The notes under the pieces were generated by a model. It had not been told where the DNA came from. It worked only from the letters and a program-made list of their open reading frames with translations, and ran no database searches. DNA of 64,000 nt from Thraustochytrium aureum (Eukaryota): assembly GCA_012862495.1 (NCBI GenBank), contig BLSG01000260.1:87745-151744 (forward strand). The letters are read 5' to 3'. Positions 13,019 through 26,418 of the stretch are shown one piece after another. The position numbers were made by a program, and so were the translations under genes. The first letter of the stretch is position 1; every line of letters begins with the position of its first letter.

Positions 13019-13950
13019 CTAGCCGAGGACGAGCTGGAGGCCGAACTTGTGGCTGTCGCCAGCAAAGTTCTTGGCGTCGATCTCGACAGAGCTGATGAGC
13101 TTGACGCCGCCCGAGACGATGTGGATTGCGTTGGCAGAGACGATGCCCTTCGAGTTGAGCTTGCCCTGGAGCTTGGTGGTGTCGTCCAGCTTGTAGAGGC
13201 TTCCCACGGTGAGCAGCTTGGAGCCGTGGTTGTACGTGGTGGCGAGCGAGACGTCCTTCGAGTACGCCTGGTGCACGCTGATGGTCACGTCCGAGCACTT
13301 CTTCTTGGTCGTGACGGAGGCCGTCAGGTCCCCGGCGCTGTAGGAGATAGCCGCGTTGTAGTCGGCGAGCGACGGGGAGCCGTCGGAGCTGTCGAAGCCG
13401 GTCTGGTACCTGGCCTCAGCGCCGACCGTGAAGGCGTCGTACGCGAGCGTGCCGGCACCATAGAGGGTCGGCCCGTTCAGCGCGGTGACGTCGATGCTGG
13501 CGTTGACGGTCGTCGAGTCGCCCTTGAAGTCGACGCACAGCTCGCCGGTCGGGGCGCGGTCCGCACCCTCCTCGGCCTTGACCGTGAACACGGTCGAGGG
13601 GATGGCGCCGCTAAGGCTGGCCTCGGTGGCGAAGCGCCCATCGGTGCCGACGGAGAGCTTCTTGATGTCGATGCCGTCGAACGGCTTGAACGAGGCGGTC
13701 AGCTTGCCGGAGGCCCCCTTCGATCCCTTGAGGGTGCCCTCGGTGGTCAGCTCGACGCCGTTGGCCGACTTGGTCTTGATCTTGATCTTCTGCGCCTGGA
13801 ACAGAAAGTCGTTGTTCAGCAGGTCGGCGGCAGACTTGCTCACATCTGCGGGTATGCGAGGCGGTGGGCAACGAGTGTCAGCTGCGCCGTCTTTGGGTAG
13901 CTCAACTCCAAGGCTCTCGGCGGAGACTTACCCTTGAAGGCGGTCGGCAT
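13019..13950 (-). CDS. VDAC: Voltage-dependent anion channel (mitochondrial porin), 2 exons: 13950-13932 and 13845-13019
   Basis: Spliced N-terminus MPTAFKDVSKSAADLLNNDF matches the VDAC N-helix. Beta-strand pattern throughout and C-terminal HKFGLQLVLG. Confidence 0.93.
13846..13931 (-). other. Spliceosomal GT-AG intron (86 nt) in VDAC
   Basis: Minus strand AAG G|GTAAGT ... GCTGAC (branch-like) ... CCGCAG|AT GTG. Splicing restores the frame and supplies the missing ATG. Confidence 0.88.
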
Positions 13951-14309
13951 TTTCCTGGGTTGGCTTTGGTTCCTGTTTGCGTTACCCGGCAAGCTGTCAG
14001 CGCCCGACTTGCCAAAGGAGGGCAACCACCAGTGCGTTATCGCGCGCCCCCGAGTGGGGGGGCTCCCTCTTTGGCCTTGTTCCAACCCGCGCGCCCCTTC
14101 TCCCCAGCAAGCCCCATTCTCTCATGCCCCACTTCTCCAGCGCCTGAAAGCACAGGACCGCTGCGGAGCACCATCCAATCGGAGCCTGTTTGCGGCGCAA
14201 ACTACTCCTGCACAGCGACGGATCGATCCGATCGATCCATCCATCCCGGCCTTCCCGCACCGCGCTCGCAGGGCGCGCAGACCACTCGCTCACTCACCTC
14301 CTCACCTCC

Positions 14310-14317
<8 letters not shown>

Positions 14318-14359
<42 letters not shown>

Positions 14360-14378
14360 TTCTCCTGCTGCTGCTGCT
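14318..14378. repeat. (CTG)n microsatellite
   Basis: Seen directly. Confidence 0.9.
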
Positions 14379-15154
14379 CGGGTCTATGCTGCGGCCGCAC
14401 TGCTTCGTTCGGGGTCTGCCGCTGCCCCTGTCTGTCGCCCAGCCTGTCTGCTTGTTGGTAGTANNNNNNNNNNNNNNNNNNNNNNNNNNNNNNNNNNNNN
14501 NNNNNNNNNNNNNNNNNNNNNNNNNNNNNNNNNNNNNNNNNNNNNNNNNNNNNNNNNNNNNNNNNNNNNNNNNNNNNNNNNNNNNNNNNNNNNNNNNNNN
14601 NNNNNNNNNNNNNNNNNNNNNNNNNNNNNNNNNNNNNNNNNNNNGCAGATCCCGCTCTTGCGCCTTAACTCCCCGCTGCCACCTCCACTGCCTTCCGCCG
14701 CGCCGCACCTGCCAGGACAGAGGCCCACCTTGTGACCGGGAGCTTGATCTTTTCTTTAAGGCGGATCGCCGTCCGAGTCTTGTTCCACAGGTGCGTCGTG
14801 TGGGTGCTGCGGGGCTGTTGGCGAAGGGGTACGGGACGCGGTTTTGGCGGTAATGCAGAAAATTCTACCTTGTGCGGAGCGTGCGACACCATAAATGGCG
14901 TACGGAGAGTGGAGGCCTCCACTTCGGCGCCGGACTTGGACTCGGATGTGGAGTCCCATCGATCGAATCGGGAAGGGCGTCGGAGCGCATGATCGCGCGC
15001 AAACGCCGCCTGTGAGGCCCCGGACCGTGCGCAAGACAAGAGAATACCTAGGTAGAGTACTCACCACTGTTGCTGAGCACTTTAGAAGTAGCAGTTACTA
15101 CGGTGAGTACGAGTCGGCGAGCCCAGTCCTGGCGCCGCCACGCGGCGCCGCTCA

Positions 15155-18100
15155 TCAGAGAGTGATCTGGTCCTTCACAATGGCCAGGCGCACGAGGTTC
15201 TCGTAGTACACAAGAGAGCTTGGGGAGGTGTCGAGTTTGGGCATGTCAAGCAGGCCCTTGTCCACGATGGCCCGCCCTCGCTGGATGCTCGCCTTGGCCT
15301 CCTCGGCCTGCGAGCGGCGCTCCTCCAGATTTGCCACAATCTCCTTGTGCCGACGAGTTCCGATGTGCGCCTCGTTGAGCGGGGTCTGTCCGTTGCCGCG
15401 CGAAACCAGGCGCTCCAGCCGCTTGATCTCGCACAGCGCCTCCTTGAGGTGCTCGTTTCCGCGGTGAATGAGCATGTAGCCGCGCGCGATGTTGCTGTCC
15501 GAGGCTGCGCGCGCCGCATCGCCCTCAGAGACGTCGCTCAGGCGGACGAGGCGCTTGTTGAGCGCGTTGAAGAACCACTGCGTCAGCTTGTCGACAATCG
15601 CGACCGGGCGCAGCGCCTCCGGCGTCTCGTCGCCGTACCGCGCCCGATGCGCTAGCCGCAGAGACCGCTGTACGGCCTTGTGAACGTCCGCCGACCGCAT
15701 CGCCAGTACCGAGTTGAACTGTCGCTGGTGCTCGATCCGCTGCGCCTTGATAAAGGCGTGCTTCTCCTCGGCGTTTCGCTCGCCGTCGCCTGGGGTCTCG
15801 TCGAGCAGCGACTCGACGCGGTCCAGCCAGCAACGAGAAAACACGTTGGTCTGGTCGACCTGGCGCACAACCACGCCCAGGCTCAGGATTGACGTATCGC
15901 TCTCCGTCCCGTGAAAGCCAGTTACGAACTCCTCGACGAACCTGTTGCGCCCGAACACGTTCTTTTCGCGCCCTGAGGGGAGCACAAAGTAGCGCCCAGC
16001 CTCGCCTTGCCCGTACCAGGGCGACGTCCGCCCCCTCGACGTGCGGAACCGGACCTTGCCCCCGACTACGTGGTCAAGGGCGTACCCTTCAATGGCAGCA
16101 AGCCGCTCGCGCTCGTCTTGCAGCACGAACTCGAAAACATCCAGCCCCGGCTGCGAGAGCAATGGGGGCTCGCCCTGCCCATCGTGGCGCTCGGCAGGTA
16201 GGTCTCCACTTCCAACGCTGCGCCTATACCCGTGGGACATGGCTGCCCAAATCCGTGGCGCAGACGCACTCCCGCTGCGCATGCGAAGCTGAAGCGCAAC
16301 GACCATGCCGTCCGAGACTGCAACCAGTACCGAACTGACCCCCACCGCAGCCGCCACAGGCGGGTCCAGAAAGGCCCGAGCGCTGTCCGCTTCCTCGGCA
16401 CCTAAACCCACAGTCGGGGAGCGCGTGTCCTGGAACGAAAACGTGCCGCGCTCGTCGAACGCCGAGCACAAGAGCCGCGACTCGAGGTCGAGTCGAGCCG
16501 GAGAGAGCNNNNNNNNNNNNNNNNNNNNNNNNNNNNNNNNNNNNNNNNNNNNNNNNNNNNNNNNNNNNNNNNNNNNNNNNNNNNNNNNNNNNNNNNNNNN
16601 NNNNNNNNNNNNNNNNNNNNNNNNNNNNNNNNNNNNNNNNNNNNNNNNNNNNNNNNNNNNNNNNNNNNNNNNNNNNNNNNNNNNNNNNNNNNNNNNNNNN
16701 NNNNNNNNNNNNNNNNNNNNNNNNNNNNNNNNNNNNNNNNNNNNNNNNNNNNNNNNNNNNNNNNNNNNNNNNNNNNNNNNNNNNNNNNNNNNNNNNNNNN
16801 NNNNNNNNNNNNNNNNNNNNNNNNNNNNNNNNNNNNNNNNNNNNNNNNNNNNNNNNNNNNNNNNNNNNNNNNNNNNNNNNNCGAACTGGTACTTGTCATC
16901 AAGGTATGCGAGCCACTTGTTCCAGACCTGCCACTTGACTCGCAAGACGTGGAAGCGCGGCATCGCTCTCCACACCTTTCGCAGCCGCACACAGATCCGG
17001 ACCCAGTTCTCGAGCCGCTTGCGCTGCATCAGACCGAACGACTTGCGGTACACGATCGGAAACCGCATCGTGCGGATGCACGTTCGCAGCAAGACTTGCA
17101 TTCGCTCGCGCTCGACTTGCTCAATCACATTGCAGAGCGCGTCGTGCAGCATGCGACCTCGCATGGCTCGGATGCGAGCGGCATGGTCCAGCTGAAGCTG
17201 CTGCCTCTCCTTGAGAGCCTTTGCCTCGGCTTCGACGAGGCGCCGGGCCTCTTCGGCGCTGATCTTCGCATTCTCGCGTGCGAGATTCAGGCGCTCCTCG
17301 TGCGTTCGCAGCCGCTCTGCCCGGCCCAGCCGCTCTGCGCGGAGGTTGATGGCGGTCTGCTTGGCGTGGTGGAGGCTCTTGCGGCGCCAAGCCGCGTCTT
17401 TGATCCACAACTCGTTTGTCTTCGTGCGCTCGGCTTGGAACGCGACGAGAGACTTTCTTCGCAATGACGTTTGGTCAAGCTCGATTGCCTCCGCCGCTCC
17501 TGCATTGTCCCCACGGCCTCCGGCGTCTCCTTCCTGGGAGGCGAGTGCTGCTTCATTGTCCTGCGGGGGGCTTTGCCGTGCTGGGAGCACGCCGGCACGT
17601 CGCGCGCCGCCGCCGTCGCGGGCCCCGCTGGGGCCCCGACTTTCAGCCGGCTTCGGCGAACTTCCCAGAAGGAGAATCGTCTGGCGCTCCTCTTCTGGCG
17701 CGGCTTGTCCGCGACGCCGTCCGCCTCTGCGCAGCACGAGTCTCGACCAGGACGAAAAGGCGCTGCGCTGCTTTCGCCAAATGTAGTGATGCCAAGCGTA
17801 CCGCGCCTTTTGGCCGCGCTCTACGAGGTCCTTCCAAGCCAGGATCACTTGCGGGCAAAGTCGATTGACCTCGATGCACTTGGCGATCCGCCTGTGGCGG
17901 TCTTCAACGACCACTTGCGCTCTATACGACTCCATAACGCAACGAAGGCCCAGGTTTTGGGGCCTGAGCACGATTTGAGTACAAACGTCTCCAACGAGGC
18001 CCTCCCAATATGGAGGAGCAGGAAGTGTCTCCATCGTCGCCTCCTGGTAGTGCCTAGGCGCAAGTCCAAGTTGCGCGCGGACGAACCGCTGGCTCCGGAT

Positions 18101-20636
18101 GAAGGAAAAGGGAACAACCCGGTATAGTCGCATGGCTCGCTGATGGCAGACCTTTTCGGCGCTTGCGGCAATTCTCCAACAACACCACGTGCGCTCCAAA
18201 ACGACCTGCATAACTCGCTCGCGCAGTGCTCGCCCCCCCGCCTCCCAGGCGTGCTTGATCTTGGCGGCTTGCTTGGCCACGTCCCGCCACGCAAGGAATT
18301 GCTTGCGTGCAACTTCGCGGAGGGAGATGTTCATGCGGCATAGGGCTTCCCGCATCCGCGCCCGCGCGGTCGCGGCGACGGTATGCCAAGCCCTAAAATG
18401 CCGCAGCGACTGGTACGTGTGCCAGACACGCTTGAGAAAGCGCGCCTTATTCCGTGCGCGCACTCTGCGGGCAGTGTACCTTCGCCACGTAAAGAGCGGC
18501 CAAAAGCAAGCGCGAAACAGTTCGCGCTTCGCCAACTGGAAAACCGTGTAGCGGCGCCAGACTACGACGCACCGAAGAACGCGCTTCCGCAGTTGCTGAC
18601 GCCGCCAAGACGTGGCGAACCAGGCTCGCATCGATTTTCTCGCGCGCGCCAGACAGAGCTGGCGCGTCACGGCCTCTTGATAGTACATCCGCGCGCGCGA
18701 TCGCACCAAAAAGCCCCGCACCTGCCGCTGGGCTTTGACACAAGCATCGGTCTTGAGGAAATCCACCGCGCCCCCAAAGTCTGTTTGTACGCGGAGCACC
18801 TCGTTTAGTTTGGCCGGTTCTCGAGAAACGAGCCGAACAAACTCCGCGTTGCGGGCTTTCGCCGAACGGCGGCGCTCCGAGGTAGCTACCGTTCGTGCGC
18901 AGAGCACCGAAGAGTGCCTGCTGCCCTTTGGGTTTGAACTCGCCACGAGGCTCTCAAGGCCAGCATTCGGAGACACAATCCCGCGCACGAACACGCTCGA
19001 CTTTCGGCAAGGCATCTTCCTCAGCCAGTCCCGGTCAAGTTTGCGCAAGTAGAACACAGACGACCCCACTCGGTCAAGGATCTCGTCTATGCTGGCCCCC
19101 TCCAAGTCGTCAACTCGAGCACCTTTTGCAACTACCGCAGCCTTGATCTTGCGCTTGAGTCGCATTACTTTGCGCTTATGCTGGAGCAAAGCTGATTCGT
19201 TCTCATCGTCAGAGTCCTCCAATTCCCATTCGGGCTTCCGAAGAATTCGAGAAAAGCGTGCTCGCCGAGGATGAGGGACGGGACCCTGTCCGGAACCGTG
19301 GACGGCTTCCGCTGTTTCAGAGGTTTCGATTCGTTCCTGCGCCGCCCATGCCGTCGTCGCCTCTGTCGAATCGCTGACGTCCAGCACGTCTGCTGCAAAG
19401 TCCTCCTCGAGGCACACTGAAACAAAGTCCTCGAGGTCCGAGTCAGTCTCGTATGGATCTTCAAGCGTGTAATACTGGGCGTGAAAGTCTTCGTACGCGA
19501 CCATATCCTCACCTGGCAGCAAGGTCTGGGAGGCCCGGAGCACAACACGCGCTGCGTGAGGTGCCGTGATCCCACCCGCAAGTAGGGCCTCACGAAGGTC
19601 GCGCAAGGAGAGCACCCCCCCGCCGCGGTCAAAGGAAGTCTTGATCAGGAACCAGTTGCGCCGAATCGCGCTGCTCTGGGCCTCCACGGCGGCAGCCCGT
19701 GCATCAACCAACGCGATCGTTCGTGGAAGGTGGTAGTCGTCGGAGCTAATCAGCATCGTTGCGTCCATGGCGCTCCCCGTAGAGGAGACGCTCGCGGATC
19801 TGCAGGGCCTGCCGCCGCGCCTCGCCCTTCTCAACAAGAATCGCACGAAGACGCGCTTTGTGCGCCAGCTCTGCCTCCAGCGCTGTGCCGATTTCTTGGG
19901 AACCTCTATCGCCGGACCGTTCGAGACACTCGTCCTTTTGTTCGAGCAGCTCGCTTGGCAGGCCGGTCCCAAGGTCCAACAATGCTCTGGCCTCTTGCTC
20001 GGCCATTCTGGCCTCGCGAAAGAGAAGGGCTGCGATGTGCTCTTCATTGTCCAGGTCGAGCCACGCCGGGTAACGCGCTCCTCGCGCCAAGGCGGAGAAT
20101 TCGGCAGCAAGAGGGCGCTCGTTGCGCGGAAGGCTTGCGTCTCGCGCGGCGGCGTTGCTTGCGCCCTTGGCTGCGCCCTTGGCTGTGCTCTTGGCTGCGC
20201 CCTTGGCTGCGCCCTTGGCTGCGCCCTTGGCTGCGTCGCTGCGGATGGGGCTTCCTTTGGGCGCGACCAGCGGCAGGTCGTACCAAGCGAGGCCCTTGTA
20301 GCCGGACCGCTTCCGTTCGAACCATGCCGGCCCGTCGTAGTCGTACCTCGATACAAATGCCCGCCCTCGCGACGCCAAGGTCGACGCCTGCACTTCACTT
20401 GCCTCGGGCCTAGAAGGCAGCGAATAGCACCGAGGGGACGTGCTGGCGGCGACCTGCTCCAGGTCGGGTAGCGAAGTCCGCACCCGGAGTGCCCCGAGCG
20501 GCGACGCTGCCCTGGCATTTGTTGACTGTGCAGAAGCTCCGTCGCTGTAGCCTTCTCCAAGCTGCAGCCTGCTCCTCACCCTTGCCCGCGGGCGTGTGCC
20601 GCCTGCGGCTGGCAGCCCTTGGTCGTGGCCCTTCAT
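15155..20636 (-). CDS. Very large protein with EF-hand-like segment, IQ motif, Sfi1-like Trp repeats, coiled coils and a C-terminal jacalin-like domain
   Basis: ORF 19746-20705 (ATG 20636) joined by a frameshift near 19760 to ORF 15155-20560, with gap 16509-16881. IQ-like AQRQVRGFLVR. Repeated F/LxxW(R/K/H). Jacalin-like EFVLQDERERLAAIEG...VRFRTSRGRTSPWYG...EFVTGFHG...SLGVVVR. Confidence 0.65.
20160..20235. repeat. Coding 12-bp tandem repeat (GGCTGCGCCCTT), about 6 copies, encoding (AAKG)n on the minus strand
   Basis: Seen directly in the sequence. Confidence 0.85.
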
Positions 20637-21487
20637 CCCGCGCCACCACCTGGCATTCGTTTGCCGTACTGCCGCCCGCCCGCGTGCCGCGCGCCGGCTG
20701 TCCACGGGAGACGAGTGATCAAGCTAGGACCTGCCCTCACAGCGTCAAGCTGGCCATCGAGAATCGATTCCAACCTAACGAACGTGCCATCGAGTTGGCG
20801 GCAACTCTTTGCTCACCCGAGGCGCTAAAACCCAGCCTCAAAACCTGAAGAGGACGTCGCCCACAACAGAGAGCATAAGCTCCAATATGCACCACGCACA
20901 AGCCTACCGGGCCCCGCGCTTCGCTCGCTAGCGCAGGCGGTAGGGCGCCCGAAGCCTGTCTCGCCGCCTTTTGACGCAAGGGGTGTACTGCGTTGTGACT
21001 TGGCGCAAAAAACCCAAAGAAAAGAATTTTTTATAGTGGATAAAGTACTTTTAAAAGCCGAAGATGTTGCAAAACGTCCAAAATGCACCCAAAAATGCTC
21101 GTTGTGTGCGTTCAACGGTAACGTGGGAGGTGCAGATCGCGACCAGACACCGGGCCAGCGCTGCGCCAAGCGACTCTGGCGACGCCAAGACGCCGATCGC
21201 GCTGCAGCTTTCGCGGTCGCCGCTTTGGATTTGCTTGGCTTTCGCGGTCGCGGCCGTGGATTTGTTTGGCCAGCCACGCCGAAAGCTTGCACTTCGCGAC
21301 TCGCGGACCACGCCGACCGACGCAGCGTGCTCGGCAGCCGCTGCGCTACGTGTTCGGAGGGCGCGGTGCAGCTACTACCCGCCAGGGCTGCATCGAAGAA
21401 CGGGGGAGGGAGCCGGCCTGCTGGCCTGCTGGGCGGGCGCCTGGACAGAGACGCGGTCCGCTGGCCGTCGGCAGCCCTGTCGGCATC

Positions 21488-24400
21488 ATGAGTGAGCGCG
21501 GCCCAAGCGAGTTTGTCGACTGGCCTGCCCGGCAAAGACCTGATGAGCATATTGCCGAGGCGGACATGCGCGTGGAGCGCGCCAAGGCCGAGCTGGACTG
21601 CAACGCGAGCAGCGTTTTCACCGTGAGCCCGTCAGTAGTCCACTTTGGTGGGTACGTCGTCGGGAAGCGGCACTCGCTCACGGTCAAGATCACAAACACG
21701 TCCACGAACAAGGTGCGCGTGCACATTCTAGGCCCCAAAACCAAAGAGTTCTCTGCCGTCTACAAGAAGAAGGGGCTGTTGGCGCCAGGAATGTCAGAAG
21801 TGGTCGCGGTGCGGTTCAGCCCGCTCGAGTGGAAGTACTACTACGACAGCATCAAAATCCAGTGCGGCGGCGATGAGCCAGTCATCGTCCCTATCCACGG
21901 GTATCCAGTGGTGAACAAGGCTTCCTTCCCGCGCGCAATCGACTTTGGAGTGTGCGAGCTTGGAATGACGCACCGGCGGTATGCCGTGCTGGAGTGCAAG
22001 GTGCCGATCCCCTTTGACTTTGAGATATCTGATGTCGCTGCGCGGAGCGAGTTTGTCGTTGTACCGAAGCGTGGCACGGTCCCGCCAAACGGGAAGGTCA
22101 AAGTGGCTATCGAGTTCACTCCGGTGCACATGACCGTGGTGAACTTTTCGTTCCGGCTCTGCGTCTCACAGTTCAACTTTGACCCCGTCGTCTGCACCGT
22201 GACCGGGAGTTCATGCCCAGGGCTCACGAGGAACCGTGCGCTGGTGCAGCACGAAGAAACGCTGCATCGTGAGCTCGACACCAACCGGGCCCTCAGTCCG
22301 CGCGTTGTTGGAGCAATAAAGGGCGTCGAGCTAGGCACCTATGCAGTGCCGGTGCACCGGAAGTTGCGTGGAGTCGGGTCTGGCGCCGTCATCGACCCCG
22401 GCGCAGTTGTGCTCGAGGAGAGGCAAGCTGGCAAAGCGCGGCAAAAGGGCGGCTCCCCCACAAGGGGCTCGATAGTTGAACTCGAGGCAAAGGAGGACAA
22501 CCAGAACAGCGGCCGCAGCGAGGGCGCCGAGGACCGTGCGAAGCACAGCTCCATCACAGAGTCCAGCTCGTCTCACGAGGACGAGCTGGACGGAAACTTC
22601 AAGGTCATTAACGGAATCCGTGTCCCGCTCCGGCTGGACGGCGTGCATGCAACCAACTACGTTCTAACGCAGGAGCCGGGCAAGCTCAAGCCGAAGGAGC
22701 TAAAGTTGGTGATCGACAGGCACCGAGCCGAGCGCGAGCGAGAAAGGCGCCAGCAGGATATTGTAAAGCGCGACGGCGGCCAAATCGTTCTCGACCCTGT
22801 CGAGGCATTGGTCGCCAGTGACAAAGCAGCTGCCGACCAGTCGACGACGCGCCAAGTCAAGGAGATGGCGTTCCTGCAGCAAGTCGCCGAGATCGAGCGC
22901 GAGGAGCGCGGGCGCGAGTTTACGAGCCAGACTGTCTGCGTTGGCGCCGATCTGCTCAGCAAAGACCAGGTCGAAACCATCCGGGAAGAGCGAGCGAGGG
23001 CCACGGAAGAAATGGAGCTCAGCATGCGCCGAGTGCAGCGCCAGGCTGGGTGCACGAGCTGGCTGGCCCTCAGAGTGATCCGCCCGCCCGCGTCAGGGGT
23101 CGGCGGCCCATGGACGACAATGAGGCTGCGCTGGTCCTGGAGGCTTCTGGTGGCCACCCCACCTTCGACCCGTTTTTGAACAACACATGGCGGCAGCGNN
23201 NNNNNNNNNNNNNNNNNNNNNNNNNNNNNNNNNNNNNNNNNNNNNNNNNNNNNNNNNNNNNNNNNNNNNNNNNNNNNNNNNNNNNNNNNNNNNNNNNNNN
23301 NNNNNNNNNNNNNNNNNNNNNNNNNNNNNNNNNNNNNNNNNNNNNNNNNNNNNNNNNNNNNNNNNNNNNNNNNNNNNNNGGCAACGCGAGAACGCGGCGC
23401 GCGGTGCGCGAGCTTGTTGAGGAAGATACTGTGCAGAGCAAGCTCGCCATGAGCGACGGCGCCGCCCAGCGCGTGGAAGAGGAGGAGCCCGCCTGGAAGG
23501 CCTGGAAGCGCGCGATCCTGCTCAAGCCAGCCAACCAGTTCAAAGCGCCGAATACGGAGGAGCGGCTCGCGGCCCTCGCGTTGCGGGACGGCACTGCCGG
23601 GCATGAGGAGATTGACGAAGCGGGCGCGACGCGGGGAGACGCTGCGATGCGCCTGCGGCGTCCTGGGGTCCTCGCCGCGCGAGGGAGCCTTACTTTCTGC
23701 CTCGGATGGGCTGGGACGCGCCGCTGTGCTCGCGAGCTCGCTCAAATCGCCTCAGGACTTGCACTTGGTCTCCTTCCCCTTGTATTCGGACTCGACGGCA
23801 ATGGACGCGCGCCCTGTGGCATCGAGGCCCTCGAAAGGGTTCCAGGACCTCGGATTTTTCCGGCTCAGAGTCCCAGATGAGTACAAGTTGTGTGGATACG
23901 AAAAGATGCCTCTCCCCAAGGTGCCGCAATACGTCGCCACGTACGCAGATATTGCCTTGCGCCACGGCGCGGAGGGCGAGTCGAGCTGGCGCCCAACCGT
24001 GGCTCCCGAAATCGACATTTCTGGCCTCGACCTGCCCGCAGCCTGGCTCAAGGACGAGTACACGCCACGCTTTGAGCTGCTTTTACCATCTCGTACAGTG
24101 CGGACAATTCTCAGGACAGACTTTGTCACGGAAGCGAGTTTGGAGTTTCATCTGCAGCCGCAGCAGTTTGGGTACGTCGAGGAGCGCACGCGGGGCAATC
24201 TCTCTGCGTGGGAGGTCGGGCTCTCTACTGTCCGCGCCCTTGCAATCGAGCCCACGATCTCAGACCGGTGGCGCCAAAACAAGACCTCGATTGCGCCGGG
24301 CGGCGGCTCGCTTTGGAATGGCGCATCGCTGCTCAAAAACCTTTTGAAAGGGCCACTTGATGAAGACGCGCTCTCAGAGGACGAGGGGAGCGACATTGAA

Positions 24401-24802
24401 GATGCGGACGGCGGTCTCCGGAGCGAAATTGAGCCAACAAAATCGGCAAGGGCGCGCAGCACAGCGTGCGAGATCACGCTCGCGCGTGCGTCCATGCTGT
24501 TTGGTTGCGACGATGAGAGCACGCAAGTCGACGGCGATTCTGCCGACCGTGGAGAACCCAGCGACGCGCAGAGCGACTCTACTGCTTTCGCAAGTCCAGC
24601 GTCTCACATGCGGCTACTTGCCCGGGAGGTTGCGCTAGACCGCGAGTGTCGTGCAGTGGCGCTGAGCACGGCAGTGCGCCGGTGTGGCGATGCGGTCGTG
24701 GACCCCACGCTGCGTTTCCAAGTCCGCGCTCTCGTTGATCGCGCTGCAGAAGAGGCGTTGGCCACCCAAGACACCTTTCAACTCGAGCGTAGCCAGAAAT
24801 AA
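21488..24802 (+). CDS. CFAP221: Cilia- and flagella-associated protein 221 (PCDP1)-like
   Basis: N-terminal ASH/Ig-like domains (VHFGGY...LAPGMS...FSPLEWKYYYDSIKIQC...VPIHGYPV; CKVPIPFDF; SQFNFDPVVCTVTG) plus YVLTQEPGKLK and TRQVKEMAF, as I recall from CFAP221. Frameshifts near 23050 and 23600, gap 23199-23379. Confidence 0.8.
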
Positions 24803-24959
24803 AGTACAAGGTCGAAGGAGGCTTACACAGTACCACCGCTCATGGGCTTTGCTTTTTCAACAAGTGTGGGCTGGTGAACGTGCGGCTCTGGATGTAGAGT
24901 AGAGTACCTAATATCATGCGGATCCATGTGCTGTGCTGCTTGACTCTGTCGCTGTGGAG

Positions 24960-25595
24960 CTAGGCGATGGTCAGTACAATCGCGGCTGCCAAGGCCACGC
25001 GTACTGTTGCGGATGCGTACAGCGACCACGCATCGTCCGGAATTGGGCACGTTGCTGCAGCCAGCAAGAAAATGCAGACGAGCTGAGTCCAACCCAAAGG
25101 GAGCTGATGTTCAGCATGCTCGCGACTGCCTGGCAAGGCTCCAGCTCCTTGCCCCGGCTCCGCGCTTTGCGGGGGGTCCCACTTGACTGCGAGATCATCT
25201 TGCGCTTCCTCCGTCTCTTCCTTCGTGCTGTGCTTGACCGCGTCAGCGTCGAGCCTCGGCTGCAGAGAGTCAGATCGACTCAAGCGACGTTCAAGGTCGC
25301 TTTCGATCCACCTGTGCATAGACTGCGGACTCGACGGTTTCACGCCGCGTTGGAGGCACTCTTCAAAGTAGAGCGTCTTCATTCTCTCGATCTCTTTCTC
25401 CAGCTCGTCCAACTCGCTCCGAAGCTGCTCGCGCTCCGGCCGCTTTATGGGCTCTTCGTCATGCTCACTTGCGGCCGACCCTGCCCATCCGCGGCGTCCG
25501 CTTCCGCATTGTCCGCCAGCTGCCTGGCCCTCGGCATCCTCGGGTCTCGCGGCGTCCTCTGACGTCCGCGAGCTGCTTCGCGATTTGCACGACAT
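24960..25595 (-). CDS. Hypothetical coiled-coil protein with C-terminal hydrophobic segments
   Basis: ORF with an acidic coiled coil (EQLRSELDELEKEIERMK) and two terminal hydrophobic stretches. Start uncertain (ATG 25595 or 25637). Confidence 0.5.
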   Translation of the reverse strand: MSCKSRSSSRTSEDAARPEDAEGQAAGGQCGSGRRGWAGSAASEHDEEPIKRPEREQLRSELDELEKEIERMKTLYFEECLQRGVKPSSPQSMHRWIESDLERRLSRSDSLQPRLDADAVKHSTKEETEEAQDDLAVKWDPPQSAEPGQGAGALPGSREHAEHQLPLGWTQLVCIFLLAAATCPIPDDAWSLYASATVRVALAAAIVLTIA

Positions 25596-26418
25596 GCCGC
25601 CGCGTGGCTCGCAGCCTTGCCGTGCGCCCGGCGACATGCAAGCGACCAGCAAGCGACCAGCCCCTCCAGCCAGCCTACGCTGCCGGCGGCCAGCACGGCC
25701 GGGACGGCGGCCAGCAGGCAGGGCGGCGCGTAGCACTGTACCCACGGCAGCAGAGCGGCAGGATGGTGCGGCGGTTGGCTGGCGCGGGCGGCAGCACCGG
25801 GCAGAGCTGCACTCCCCGGCAAACAGACAGGCAGGCAGACAGGCAGGCAGGCAGGCAAACGGGCTGAGAGCTATTTATCCAGGTCAGCTATCCCGCCAAC
25901 GCACACGCAGGCCGCCAGGCAGGCAGGCACGCAGGCAGGCAGGCAGGCGCGCAGGCAGCAAGCCAATTGCAACCTGTTCTGGCATTGCACATGATGAACG
26001 GTCACATCTCCATACCCCTCGTAAATTACGTATATACGCCGACGTGGTAAAAAACGTTGTAGTCTACAAACTCCGACAGCATGATTAAACCGAAAAATAC
26101 CTTCTAGTTCCCCTGCAGTGCCTTTCGGAATAATATACAATTACTCGGGATATAATATTTTTCCACATATTGATTTAATTGACTAGCCTCGGAGTTTTAA
26201 AGAGTATATATTTAGCGAAAAGGAGTGCGTCTATGCCGGGGGGCGGTGTAGCTGAGGATGACAGAATTGGCCAGGACGGCGATGTAGTTGATGTTGGTCG
26301 ATGTGGCGGCGGCGGCCCGCAGACATGGACGCGTGGACGCGCGCAGTGGGAAGGACCGCAGGCTGTGCATGTTTTCTATAGCGCAGTTGTGAGCTTTGCT
26401 TCTGCGAGAGACAACGTC

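Noticed and set aside
14645..15067. Small ORFs after gap 14464-14644
   Set aside because: No recognisable product, and strand and frame cannot be determined.
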